A stretch of DNA of 64,000 bases from Ancylonema sp. (lineage: Eukaryota), in the NCBI GenBank assembly GCA_050230475.1, contig JBFLGF010000005.1, forward strand, positions 1 through 64,000, given 5' to 3'. The notes below the pieces were generated by a model. The model was not told where the DNA came from, ran no database searches, and worked only from the letters and a program-made list of their open reading frames with translations. Position numbers and translations under genes: made by a program. Positions 1 through 12,690 of the stretch are shown here, in pieces. Positions within the stretch are counted from its first letter, which is position 1. Each line of letters begins with the position of its first letter.

Positions 1-3000
1 GAGAGTGGTCCCCGCCCCCATACGGGATGTGCTCCTAAAGAGGGTGGTGGAGGAGCTGAGGGGGTTCATGATCTCGGATATGGACGTCGTCAACTCGCCG
101 GTGGCCGTCGCCGTGGTGAAGATCCTGATGCTCATGCCGCCCCCCGTCATTGAGGCGGAGCTGCCACGTGTCCTCCAGGGCCTGGCCAACCTGCTCAAGT
201 CCAAGGGGCAGGGGGTGCGGGACGTGGCCAGGGCGTCCCTGGTCCAGGTGGCGCAGACCCTGGGCCCGCCCTACCTCCACTTCCTCCTTGCCACCCTTGA
301 GAGCAGTCTGTTGAAGGGGTTCGAGGTGCACGTGTTGGGATACACGGTACATGCGCTGCTGTTCCACCTCATGCCAACCGCGGGGGTGGGGGAGGTGGAC
401 TACTGCCTGGAGCGGGTGGGTGCCATTTTGGAGAACGACATCATGGGGGACGTGAGCGAGGAGAGGGAGGTGGCGGGGGTCGCGCAGCGGATGAAGGAGA
501 CGAGACACGTGCGTTCGTACGACAGCCTCAGGCTGATCGCGTCCAAGATTCGGTTCCGGACCACAGCGGGTGCGCTGCTCAACCCCGTGCGCTCCTCGCT
601 CCGTGAGTCGTTAAACCCCAAAGTGAAGGCGAAGGTGGTAGAAATGCTGCGCCACATCGGGATGGGGTTGGCCTCCAACGACTCCGCTTCCACCGAGCAA
701 GTTCTGGTGTTCATCCACGCGCTCGTCAGCGGGGGGATGCGAGAGGAGAAGGAGTACGCGGGGGCGCTGGAGGAGAGGAAGAGGGCGAGGGCGCAAGGGA
801 AGGGCGGGGCGGAGGGGGGGAAGGGCGGGTCCACCCCCCGGGAAACCCTCCCCAATGTATACCTCCTCACCCAGTTCGGGCTGCAGATGCTGCACACGGA
901 ATTAAAAAAGGGGGGGATGGACGTCACGTCCCCCCTCCTCCTCAGCATGCTGGACCCCATGGCGGCCCTCCTTCACACCTGCATGGACTCCAAGCACGAC
1001 TCACTCCTAGCGCTCTCGCTCAAATCGCTGGCGTACCTCCTCAGACTACCCCTGCCCTCCCTCAAGGCGCCAGCCCAGGGGGAGCGGGAGGGGGGGGAGG
1101 GGGAGGGGGGGGGTGGGCGGGGGGAGGGGGGAGGGGGGGGGTTGTTGCGCGACATCGCGGAGCGTGCGTTTGGTATGGTTCAAAAGGCGGGGAGGGGGGG
1201 TTCGGAAACGGTCCACGCCGCCCTCAAGCTCCTCACCGTCGTCCTCCGCCACTGCCCCAACCTCCAAATCAGCGACGCACACCTGCGCGCCATCCTCCTC
1301 TCCTCCGTCTTCCTCGACCTGGAGGCCTCCGGCAGCCGGGGCACCGCCTTCTCCCTCCTGAAAGCCATCGTGGGCCGCGGGCTCATGGTCCCCGAGCTGT
1401 ACGACCTCATGGGGCGGGTGGGGGAGGTGATGATTGCCAGCCAGACGTCCACGGTGCGCCACCTGGCGGGGGACGTGTTCCTTTCGTTTCTGTTGGACTA
1501 CCCCCTCGGCCCCAAACGCCTCCAGCAGCACCTCGACTTTGTCGTACGGAACTGCGCCCACGTCCATGCGGAGGGGCGGGAGGCCGCCCTCGCCTTCCTG
1601 CAGTCCGTCATCTCCCAGTTCCCCCTGGGGGTGGTGGAGGACGTGGCAGAGTGGCTTTTTGTGGCCCTCGTCCCCCGGCTGGTGGGGGACGGGGCGAGCA
1701 GCGTGAGGGCGCGGTGGGGGGCCACCCTGAAGGCGCTGCTGAGGAGGGTGGGGGGGGGCACCAGGGACAGGCTCATGCAATTCGCGCTCATGTGGCTCAG
1801 GGGGACGCAACAGAAGCTCTGGCGACCCGCGGCTCAGGTGAAAACAACAGGGAGAGAGGGAGGACGGGGGGGGGGGGATGGGAAGCTTTCTGGTGCTTTG
1901 GGGAAGTTGGTTGACAGGTGGCGCTCTGTGGGGGCTGCAGGTGCTGGGGCTAGCCGTGGAAGTCTTGGGGGCCTCCTTTGAGCGACACCTGGCGGAGTGG
2001 GTGCCGCCCGTGGAGGCCATCCTGAGGGCGGCGCTAGAGGCGGATGGCGCGGTTGGGGGGGGGGGGGAGGAGGGCAGCTGCGCCCCCCTCTGGCAGGAAG
2101 CCTACTTGTGTCTCACGGCAGTGGAGAAGGTGGTTGGCTGCGTGCCGCAACTCCTGAAAACAAATGGGATGCTCCGGAATCTCCAGCCCCTCATTCTGCG
2201 TCTCCTGCTGCACCGTCACATGTGGGTGAGGAAGGGATGTTGCCGCCTCCTGGGGCACTACCTGGCGGCAGCAGAGGGGGCAGGAGAGGGCAACAGAGGG
2301 ATGGAGGACGCGGACGTCCTGCTGCTGGCGGCCTCCCTGGCGAAAGTGTTGGGTGGGGATGCGGTGGACGAGCAGTTGGGGGAGCAGGTGGTGAAGAATT
2401 TGGTGGCAATCGCACCACGACTCATGCGGTTGGAGGTGCAGGGGGTGGGGGAGGGGCGGGGGCGGGTGCCGATGGTCAAGGGGTGTGCAGAGGGGGAGGT
2501 GGAGGAGGCGTGGAGGATGCTGGGGGTGGGGAGGAGGACAAGGGGGAGGGGGGGAGGAGGAGGAGGAGGAGGGGTGGGGGTGGAAGGGGGGGAGGAGGGA
2601 CAGGAAGAAAATCTGGAAGAGGAGGAGGAGGAGGATGGGGAAGAGGGAGAGGAAGAAGGAGAAGAGGGAGAGGAGGATGCAGAAGAGGGAGAGGAGGAAA
2701 CGGGGGGAGAAGGGGAGAGAGGAGCAGAAGGCAACGGGGTGGAACCGGAGAACGGATCTGTTCCCCCGCCCCATATTGCCCTGGCAGCGGTGATGGAGAC
2801 GTTGACCAAAGTGGTGCTCCACGTTCAGCCCGTGCAGGCGGGGGCGGTATTGAGGTGGTATGCGGCCATGGCATCCAAGCTGGGGGCGGAAGGAGTGAGA
2901 CCGTATTTGCCGTTCATGGTGTTGCCGCTGTATCGAATCACGGAGGGCAGTACCGGCACACCGGTTCCAGGTGAGGGGGCGAATGTGGCGGTTATTGGGA

Positions 3001-3473
3001 TTGGGGGGCTGTTTTTTGAGGGGTGTTGGGGGAGGAGGACGGTGGTTCCTTGCAGGGAATGATGTGCGATTTTGTTGGTTTTTTTTTTTTTTTCTTCTCT
3101 CTCTTTATATATATATATTATTACTATTATATTTTACTTTTTACTTTCTTTTAAAAAAAACTTTTTTTTGTTTGGGTTTTTTTTGTTGGTTTTTTTTGCA
3201 GAGGAGGTGAAGACGTTGGGGGCAGAGATCGTTTCGCACATCCGCGAGGTGGTGGGCGTGCCTGTGTTCCTCCGCGTATATCAAAGCGTGCGGCAACAGG
3301 TGAGGGAGCGGAGGGAGGGGAGGCGGAATGCGGCCAAGATCGCGGCACTAGTGGACCCAGAGAAGACGGCAAAGAGGAAGTTGAAGCTCTCAGCCAAGCG
3401 ACAGGTGGCGAAGAAGAGGAAGATTGCGGAGTTCAAGAGGTTGAGGGGGCACTTGGAGGAGGGGGATGATTGA
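1..3473 (+). CDS. UTP20: U3 snoRNA-associated protein 20 (SSU processome HEAT-repeat protein), 3' part; exons <1-1837, 1941-2970, 3202-3473
   Basis: Motifs 'LLKGFEVHVLGYTVH', 'DIMGDVSEERE..MKETR..SYD', 'FLLDYPLGPKRLQQHLDF', 'LLLHRHMWVR' and C-terminal 'LVDPEKTAKRKLK' match Utp20/DRIM. Two GT-AG introns (phase 0 and phase 1) join the three ORFs in frame. Confidence 0.9.
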
Positions 3474-4094
3474 TGATAAGGGTGGATGGTTGCGATAGCT
3501 ATGGAGAAGAAACGGGGGGGGACAATTCGGAGGCAACATCACGGTTGCTCGACTCATCTAGTCTAGCCGGGTTTTCGCTCTGTGGAAACTTGGACTGGAT
3601 GAATAGTTGTAAATATAGAGGACGACAGGTACTTTGCATGCTACTTAGCTTTTTCATTGATTTGGCGCCGCAAATCATGCTTGGTGGTCGTTTAGTTATT
3701 TGTTACTTAATAATCTGACTCTCCTTCTTGTACATTTTCGGTTAGGCATGGCCCGCCAATCTTAGCAACGTGTCACCTTTCCTTACCTTGACAATTTTGG
3801 CAAATTAGTTCCTAGGAGGGAGTGTGCCCTCATTCAAACAAATTCTCAATGGATTGAAAAGTTTTTGTCATTCGTATTTTTAACCATGTATTCCTCTGTG
3901 GGGGCGTGCATATCCGTACTATGATTGTTTGAGATGAGATTCACCAATAAAGGTTTCGTCAAAAGTGCACACATCGCAGGATTACCAATGATGCAGGAAC
4001 ACACCAACCTACAGCATGCTTGATTATACAAAGAGCTTTATGTCAACAAGTTTGATAGTATGTAAGAGAATCAGCCACAACGTATATTTCTTAC

Positions 4095-4546
4095 TTTGAA
4101 CAAGCAAGGAACTTAGATAACTGAGGGATAATAGTTTGAAAAGAAAAGAAACGAATGAAATGAAAGAAATTGTCAAAGAAAAATAAAATTGACGAAAAGA
4201 GAAGACCCACTAGAGACCCAAAATGAACTTGGACCAATAGTTGGCCCCGATTTACCGGACGTGTCCGGGAAGTTGCCGGGCCCGGACACTTCCCACACGC
4301 GGACGCCCGTGTCAAAAAAAAAAACGATCACAAAACCAAAAAAAAAAGTCGGGGATAAAATAAATTGTAAAAAAAATAAAAAATAAAAACAATAAAAAAC
4401 AACAAAAACCGAAAAAGGATAAATGTTCCCTTTTCTCCTTGTTGGCCCCGAAACTTCTAGATATTTCCCGGGAATGTCCGGGACGACTGATGTTCGAGAC
4501 GAATGCGGGACGGATCTCGGACAAGGTCGTCAGGGACGCAACTATG
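4095..4546. mobile_element. Truncated end of a CATAGT-type hAT non-autonomous element
   Basis: Ends in GGGACGCAACTATG, like the TIR of the 19996-20221 MITE, and has CCGGAC-rich subterminal repeats. 4095-4290 recurs at about 11320-11495. No matching left TIR or TSD found. Confidence 0.5.
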
Positions 4547-5494
4547 GTTGAAACCAAATTTGCCGTTTCCAAGATCAATGAAACACATCCTCCCGTTTGT
4601 GGGCATGACTTATATTTGGTGGCTACATTATTCTTCTCGGGGATGTTCATGAGTTTATAAAATAAACTTTATATGCACATAGAAGTATTAAAGGCTTCAT
4701 ATTTGGTGTCGGTCTTCACTTGTGCACCTCTCTAGGACCCTTCCCAATGTGGTCAATCTTGCTTGATGTTAACGGCTCTTTGTGAATCGACCTTCATCTA
4801 ATTATGGATTATGGATGGGCATCTTACTCAAGGTGCTACTTGGCATACACACTATCTCTGTATCATGGTGTAATCACTTTGTACACGGATATAAATTGTT
4901 TGATAATATTTATTTAGATCACATCTTCAAAAACGGAGATATCTACTTGTGAAGCTACGATGGTGGTGGGTTGGCGTAGAACTCAAACGACTCCGAAGTC
5001 GGGGGGGGATAATTTTTTGAATTCAAACGGGATGTATTTCGGGATCCAACGGGATGTAAATGGTATTTATTTAGGTAAGCCATATTGTACCGTAAAACCT
5101 CTCTAATATTACAATGTTCAAGTTTTGTCGGAGCAAGTAAATTTATATAGTTCATCATGTATTACTGAGTGTTTTACGCTTTGGGGCATAGTTGGGTCAC
5201 CAGCTCCGGACGCTTTTAGGCGTGTACCAAGCGCGCTTGGGCCACGCTCGCAAATTTTCCGAGAGGCTCATACCCAACTACGGTAAAACCTTTAACACAG
5301 TAAAACCTGTCTAAAAGTATACTCTCGGGACCGAAATTTCACATTCCTTTAGACAAGTCACTCACTTAGACAGTTTCGGCTCTAAATGTCCCAAAACCCG
5401 TTCCTATATGCCTACAGCGGGAAATAAGCGAGTATCGAGCTTAGAATCCGTTCAAACGTATTTTACGACTTGCATGACAATATTTTGTCGTGTA

Positions 5495-6066
5495 CAATAA
5501 ACCCTTGATATAGTGACACTCGATATAGTGACAATCACGATATAGTGACAATTTTTCTGCCCTTTTTCTAATCCTACATAACAACCTACTCGATATAGTG
5601 ACAATCGCTATAGTGACACACGTTCTAGTCACTAAATTTTCCCAGATTTTACTATTGAGATGTCACTATAGAGTGAAACTTGTCTTAATAAACGTTGTGA
5701 AAATTAGGAACCTCCCAAATCTAATAGAAAATTATTAATCATAAAATAATAACCTCTCTCAATTAATATTATATACATGTCCTGGCAGTATTCCTTCGAA
5801 GAGGTTTTATTGTAGGGAGTGGATATTAGATATTAGAACATACGCCATATAGATGACCTACCTTCTTCAATACAAACCTCTCCGCACCCGATCTGGTTGC
5901 TCAAAACAACCTAAAATACACTTTCCTTCACTATAGTGACATTGGCTCAATGTAGCCCTATTAAATGTCACTATAGAGTGTATAGTGACACCCCTGGCAT
6001 TCGATATAGTGACATTATTTTCCTCCACTGTCTATATAAATTTGTCATTATATCAAGGGTTTACTG
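5495..6066. mobile_element. Tc1/mariner(pogo)-like MITE
   Basis: 24-bp TIRs CAATAAACCCTTGATATAGTGACA / TGTCATTATATCAAGGGTTTACTG (22/24), TA on both sides, many internal TATAGTGACA repeats. Confidence 0.85.
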
Positions 6067-6485
6067 TAGTCAATTTCACTTTGATTTCCCAAAACCTGGG
6101 AGATTCTAGAGGTCCACGAACGTAAGTTTTCGACGTTGAATTAGACGTGGCGGGCAATCGTTCTACCCACCTAATGTTGCCCGGTCGCAATTTTGTTGTG
6201 TAGCCCCTGCAATTGTAACTTGCTTGGTACTATTGTATAGAAGTAGAGCGTGGCAGAGTCATAGGTTACTATATCAAGAGTGTTACAATATCGGGGGTCA
6301 CTATGTCGAGGTACAAATGTACCTTGGCATACGAATTGGCATGATTGATGTGTTCGCATCCATATGTGAGCACTGGAGGCAAACTTTAACTGTGTGTCGT
6401 CATAATAAATCCACATTAACCTAAGATTTTGTCAACCGTGTCCTACTTTGGGTCTAATTTCTTATCGAACGCCTCTATTTGACGC

Positions 6486-8166
6486 CTAGTTTCTTATTAA
6501 AGGCTTTTGCATTCCATTCATGCTCTTTTTTCCCCAACATGAATAAAAACCAGAGAAGAGTACAATAGCGAACACGCCAACAAAAACCATACCGAGAAGA
6601 AAACAAAAAATAAAGGTCACAATGGCAGATTCTAGCACGTTCCCATAAGATCCACTTTGGTCGCCTCCCCTTCCTCCCCCCCCCGAAGGCCCTAATGGCC
6701 CACGTGGCCCCATTGGGCCACGTGGCCCTATTGTTGGCCCACCTAGGCCTGAGTCTGTCTGAGCCTTTAGCAAAACATTTCTTGTTTGAGCCACATGTGT
6801 GGCCCTCAACTTCCGATAATGTCTGTTTCGCGTGTCAGCCGTTGATCTATTGATGGTCGTGCCCTGAAAGGGAGAGAAGGGGCATCAAGTTGATTAATGA
6901 TAGACGTCTAAATCCCACCAGGTCGACAACAATATACCAGTCGTCATAGCTTCCTGGAGGAACACCTCACACATCTCCGATCAGCAGTGCCTCTGAGCAT
7001 ATGCTGCACACGTTACATCACTTGCAGATGGTACGGTGAAGTCGGACTGGTTTCTTTTCACCTTCTCCTCTTTCTGGTTGCGGGTGTTGGTTGGCTGCTC
7101 CCACACGTTCAGTCTGGTGGATCCATGACAGCATCCTAGCAAGGACCAATGGTGGGAGGACAAGAGGCAACGGGTAAGGTATGACAAGGGATGGGAGTTA
7201 TAGTCAAAGGCAGTGTTGAAATATTCGGGTAATCATGTCCCGTAAGTATACAGTTCTACTCATTTTGATTTACTCATTTTGAGGAAGAAGGTCATCGGAT
7301 GGGTTTTTGATTAGTTTGGAACCGCCATAAAAAAGGCAACCCGTGGACAGAGACAATCCCCTTGCATCTGGACCCGTTTCTTGACTAGACGCCCTGAAGC
7401 GAATGTAAAGGAGCTGCACGGAACGACAACTTTATTATGGTGAAGAAACCAAAGAGACGGGAACAGACAACTGGAAGCTCTGCATTTTCTTCCCAGCCAG
7501 TGAACCAGCCTAGACAGAAGAGGAATTTTGAGTGCCTCACTGCATGGACCGGCAGCATGTTTCCACTCAGAAATTGCCAAGGTATAGAGCGAAAGTTTCG
7601 GTTGAAAGTTTCGGTTTCGGTTTCAGTTTCGGTGATGTCGACATAAGTACACCTGGCTGCTGAATGGTTCGAAGGTCAGAGGTATTCCCTGTGGCGAACC
7701 GATATCTTAATTGTATTTATTTGACTGCCGACAGTTTAAGTTAGTTGGAGTACGTATTCAATATAAACGGCGGGCCAAGAGTTCCGATATATTCTGTATG
7801 AGAAGCATTCCCTGAACTCGTAAGTACGCAAAAGTTTTGTAATGCCACCCGTTTTCAAAACACACGTGTTTGTTTCAATATACGGTAATTTATCTGTATG
7901 TGACAACCTCGCAAATAATCCAGTTCTGATTTTGCACGCCTGCGAATTTCATGTCTGAGAACAAGTTTGGCGGGGGAAAGTCGCCGATCTTGAGAGTAAC
8001 TCTGCTGAGGCAGAGTAAAAAGTGAAAGCAGTATCATTACAGACCACACCTCTGTCAAATCTCTCCCCCCATCACCTGCAGCGACACCATGCGAGGAAGG
8101 AAGCTGCGCCAGCGCCGGGGGAGATAGCGGCATGAACACGTCCACACGCGCAGAATATTGCGCCAT
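6486..8166 (-). CDS. Putative multi-exon orphan gene; last exon encodes a short Gly-Pro-X run and a C-terminal transmembrane segment
   Basis: ATG in strong context (caccATGGcg, 8166). Candidate exon 8166-8050 ends at GAG|GT, a 36-nt exon encodes GIPLTFEPFSSQ, and a pyrimidine-tract acceptor opens an in-frame last exon 6863-6486 (GPRGPMGPRGPLGPS ... IVTFIFCFLLGMVFVGVFAIVLF). Middle exons uncertain; no homologue recognised. Confidence 0.3.
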
Positions 8167-8439
8167 GGTGCGATTCTGAAGAGCGCTGTCCGTGCGGATA
8201 GAGGCGATGATAGCTGGCGAAGTCCTACGATTTCCGTTCGGATGTTTGTCTGCACAGGAGAAAAGGAGATGAAGCGACCTCTTACGGTTCAGTGTTCGCC
8301 TGGCGCGTAGGAGCCAGGCGGTCAACGCTAAGGGGGCATAAAATGTTCGCGGAATTTGTCTGGGTGGTCGGTGAGCTTTCTGCCTGCGTGGGTTTTGCAG
8401 AGAAAGTTAGGCCTTGAGAAAAGTCGTTTTAGGAAATTT

Positions 8440-9371
8440 CTCACGATATCGGGCCCCTCTTTATAAAGAGAACCTCGATTTAAGGACAGTTTTTTTTTAA
8501 CTTTTTTAAAAGCAATACAAAACTGCCCTCGATATAAGCATAACGACACTCTGTATTGAGACAAAAAAAATCAGAAAATTGTTACCGATGTCCTTCCTCT
8601 GTGTATATAACGTTGTTTCTTGCATACAACGATGTATAGAAATCGAAAAAAATGTAGAATCCAAAATTTACAAAATAATGTCGATGTAAGTCATGAAAAA
8701 CATGGGTGCAAACTAATATTCAACGTTTCTTATATGTAACTTTGGGTTGAATCATGTCGATGTTTGTATGTGAGTCAATTTGTTATGCCATGTTGCAAGT
8801 TGTTGCTGACAATCTTGTTATCTATTTCAAATTACGAAAATGTACACAAAGGATTCGGATTAATGTGGTTTGTCAAAATGTATTTGTTTCTGTATCTGTA
8901 TCTGTTTCCGGTTCACAATTTGGAATTAATGTGATTCTCTTCATGACAAGTATTAATATGTCTTACCTTCCAACAATTGTCTAAGTTGTTCATGACCATA
9001 GTGTTTACTACATTTCCAACAAAATATGCGAGTACTTTGTTGATTATGACGACCTTAATGCTCCCTGACTCTCCTCGTCAATTTGGTTGAATGTATTTTG
9101 TTAGTCGCAATGTAGTGGTCTCCTTCCGCACTTGTAAAGCTTGCATCACAACACACACGTTGAATTGGATGGTGATGCCAAGGGAACTTACTCTAGGCAA
9201 CATGTGTACAACATTTTTTGTTATCTACTAAGCTTCATTCACGAAGTCCCTCGATACAAGGACACACATTTTGAAATTCATATGTGATTTTCCTTATACA
9301 CTGTGTAAGGACACCTCGGTATAAGGACATTTTTTTATTTATTTTTTGGTCCTTATATCGAGGGAGCACTG
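8440..9371. mobile_element. Tc1/mariner-like non-autonomous element, same family as 62210-63036
   Basis: Right end GGTCCTTATATCGAGGGAGCACTG followed by TA. Both subterminal regions align by eye with 62230-62440 and 62840-63036. Left TIR is decayed. Confidence 0.7.
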
Positions 9372-9453
9372 TACACACAAACCCCAATGTAAGAAATCTA
9401 AAAATGTTGGGGGGATAATCAAGGGAAGATTATGAAACCCAACCAATTATTAC

Positions 9454-9591
9454 AGGCCGGGCCCGGATTCAGTAATTTTGAGGGGTGCAAAAAACGTTCG
9501 AAGTACAATTTTGGCCGTATGGGCGTATGCTGGACGTCGGCGTATGGCAAACGCCGTTTGGGCCGATTTTTGCCGTTTGCATGCCACTATG
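9454..9591 (-). mobile_element. Terminal fragment of the hAT element family found at 56912-58437
   Basis: Near-identical reverse complement of 56912-57048, ending in TIR ATGCCACTATG. Confidence 0.75.
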
Positions 9592-10459
9592 GATTTTTGT
9601 CGTGATGTCACAAAATATAGATTTCTCTCCCCTCTCCATTGGTTTTGCTATTCACCCTCTACATCGCATGATTTGTATGAAAAATACTTTGAGAGTCTCA
9701 TGAAATAGACATGCCATGCCACGACATGCTAAGTACCCACATTCCAAAAGTACTACTCTTGTCACATCATTTTGTGGAAACCAAACTATGTTTGACAAAA
9801 AAATACAACCCACAACCGGGCCCACCGAATGCAAGCTACCCTTTGGTGCAATCCCATTACGAAGGCGAGGTGTTGAATGTTGAACGAAAGGATGTGACAC
9901 CTAGCCTCCACATAACTCCAATGTGTTTACAACACTGAGATTTTGTAACCATTGTTGGACAGTTTGGGTCATCGACCCTTATTGCAAAACACACAAAATC
10001 GTAGGAAATCCGGAAACGATACATTTATGTGATCGACAGTCCCAGTGCCCTCTAGGCCTATACACGTGGCTTCAAAATCTGCACCCGTGGCTAATGAGTC
10101 ACCTGAATGTATACTAAAAACCGTCACTTGTCAAACATCTTCAATACCTCTAGACGCGTGCCACTATTTAAAATAAGCACATCACAACGAAAAGCACTCG
10201 ATTCCGACCACACATGTAAAAGGTACATGTGAAATTACCACCCAAAAGTTGTCCGTAACCAATGTTTCACTCAAAGATCCCTCTAACCTTATAAATTTAG
10301 TATCTTTCTCATTACAACTCTAAATCATATCATTTCTCCACTCAAATATGTATTGTAATACCGTAGCGCGAGAGATAATGCGCTAGCAAATCCGACAAAA
10401 GAACTCCAAAACCAAACTCATTCAACACACAAACCAACCCAAACTCATTCACCACACTC

Positions 10460-11190
10460 AGCTCCTCTTGCATCTGCCTCGTGTAGAAAACTTCGTTCGC
10501 GGCTCCACTCATTGCCACGTACTCGGACTCGCAACAAGAATGTGTCACCACCTCAAGCAAAGAACTCCTCCGACTCACAGCAGCTCCACCACTCGGAAAC
10601 ACATAGCCCCCTCGCCCCCCTCAAATCCTTTGTATCACTACCATGGCTAGCTTCGGAATACCCCCAAACCAGAACCTGACTCCCTTTGAGGTAAAGTAGT
10701 CCCACATCCGTAGTGCCGTGCACGTATTGAAGCACCCGCTTCACCCCCTCCCATTGTGCCATCCCCGGATCCTGTGAGAAACGGCTCAAGACACTCACGG
10801 CAGCCCGCAGATCCGGGTAACGGTCAAGTACACGAGGGAGCCGATCGCCTTGTCGTAGGGGTAGCACCCCATAAGCTCCCGCTCGGCTTCGGATTTGGGC
10901 TTTTGCTGCGAACTCACTTTGGACCCGGGCTCTAGAGGTGTTAATGCAGGTTTCGACTTGTCCATCCCGAACCTGGCAACTAACTTTTTTGCATACTTCT
11001 CTTGCACCACCGACACATATACCCGTGCCGACGGATCTCCATCCCAAGTAGAATTTATCCTCCCCTAGGTCTTTCATCTTGAAATCTTGGTTAAGCATCC
11101 CCTTCAGCGTTATTATCCTCATCAATACTTTCCCCAACATAAATATATAATCGACATAGAGGGCTAGATGCACCCTATCCTGTTTCCTCA
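10460..11190 (-). mobile_element. Degenerate Ty1/copia retrotransposon RT/RNase H fragment
   Basis: 'LALYVDYI' (decayed YVDD), 'FKMKDLGE.KFYLG', 'QEKYAKKLVARFGM..SKP..TPL', 'PY..AIGSLVYL', 'PDL..AVSVLSRF..P....W..VKRVLQY..GT...GL.Y', 'ESEYVAM', spread over shifting frames. Confidence 0.9.
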
Positions 11191-11982
11191 GAAGTGCACA
11201 ATGAGAGGATTACAAATGATGTGTTGTACTCAACAACCTTCAATATGCTCGGTTAAACACGGTGCTTAATCTCTACAAGTTTAATAATACGTGAGAGTAT
11301 CACGACGTGTATTATATTTTTTGAACAAGCAAAGAGCGTAGGGAAAATGAGGGATACTAGCTTGAAGACAAAAGAAACGCAAATGAAAACAATAAATTAT
11401 ATACATATGATCAGAAGTGACGGAAAGAGAAGATCTACTAGTTTAAAAAATAACTATAGTTGGCTTCGATCCTCCGGACGTGTCCGGACTCGGACTAGGG
11501 TTGTGAATTTTACATTTTTGTTTTGTAACAGTACGTAATACTTCAGTTACATTTTTTACGTAATATTACCGTTATCTGACAAATTGCATCGTTTTACTCA
11601 AGTACGTAATACGTGGCCAAAATGGCGATTATATGTAATATGTAATGATTTTAATCAGGGTCAAACTGCAAATGTTAATAGCGGAAGGAGTAAACCCCAC
11701 CCACAAATCCTCGCTTGCTCGCTTTATGTGAATTAAAGAATTCCTTTTTGCCACGAGGGTCATGGTGTTGTTGTCACTCATGTTTCATCAGACTCCTTGA
11801 TCCGCATATCGCATATCGCAAAGACGAGAGCAGTAAAAAATAATAAATGACGATGTCGCATTGTAGTAGGGGGCCTAACACACATAAAAATGGATGTTAA
11901 AAATCACCACAATTTCTTTTCCTTCAAGTGGAGTAAGTGTTGCCCCCCCAGTGACGCCCACATCTCAACAAAATGCAAGGAT

Positions 11983-12371
11983 CATAATTGCACGGACCGG
12001 CATGATTAGTATTTCGAACCGCGGTCGGACCGGGTCCGGAGTTTGGACCCGGTCTGACCGGGAATCTTTTAGGATTTTTCCCGCCCCCAACAATTTTCGA
12101 AGGGAAATGTACAAGTCGGGGAAAGTTGAAACTTTCAAATTTCAACTTTCAACTTTCAACTGAAAGAGTATATTTCTCTTTTATTTTTGCACGATGCTCA
12201 AGCCCAAATAGAAAACATAATATATTTTTCCGGTTTTTTTTCTCCACGGTTAACGTTCCAAAATTCCGAATTTAAATCGAAAGTTTCATGCTACTGCCGG
12301 TCCGGCATTTTGGCCTAGAAGGACGGAGTCCGGGACCTCGAAACCTCGGTCCGCCGGTCCGTGCAACTATG
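11983..12371. mobile_element. hAT MITE (389 bp)
   Basis: 19-bp TIRs CATAATTGCACGGACCGGC / GCCGGTCCGTGCAACTATG (1 mismatch). 8-bp TSD gcaaggat/gtaaggat. A related copy lies inverted at 34344-34705. Confidence 0.9.
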
Positions 12372-12402
12372 GTAAGGATAACCTCATGATTTTTTTTCCC
12401 AA

Positions 12403-12462
12403 AAAAAAAAAAAAACTAATCGCATGACGAATTGTCGTCATGCGATTAGTTTTTTTTTTTTT
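12403..12462. repeat. Perfect 28-bp inverted repeat with a 4-nt loop
   Basis: A13-CTAATCGCATGACGA-attg-TCGTCATGCGATTAG-T13. Confidence 0.9.
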
Positions 12463-12690
12463 CCGATGATCTTGCAAGTCCGATGATCTTGCAAGTCCTC
12501 ATGAATGGAGTAACACATCCCCTTCTTCGCGCCACAATCACCGCCCGCGGCCGGAACGCGGGCGGGAATAACAAAGAAGCGGACGGGTTCATAGAGTTTT
12601 TTTAGGGTTCTAGTGTTTTCAATTTTTAAAACCCCCCATTTATCGAAATAAATAGATGAAAAGTGCTAATATCAACTGCTTGATCCCATG

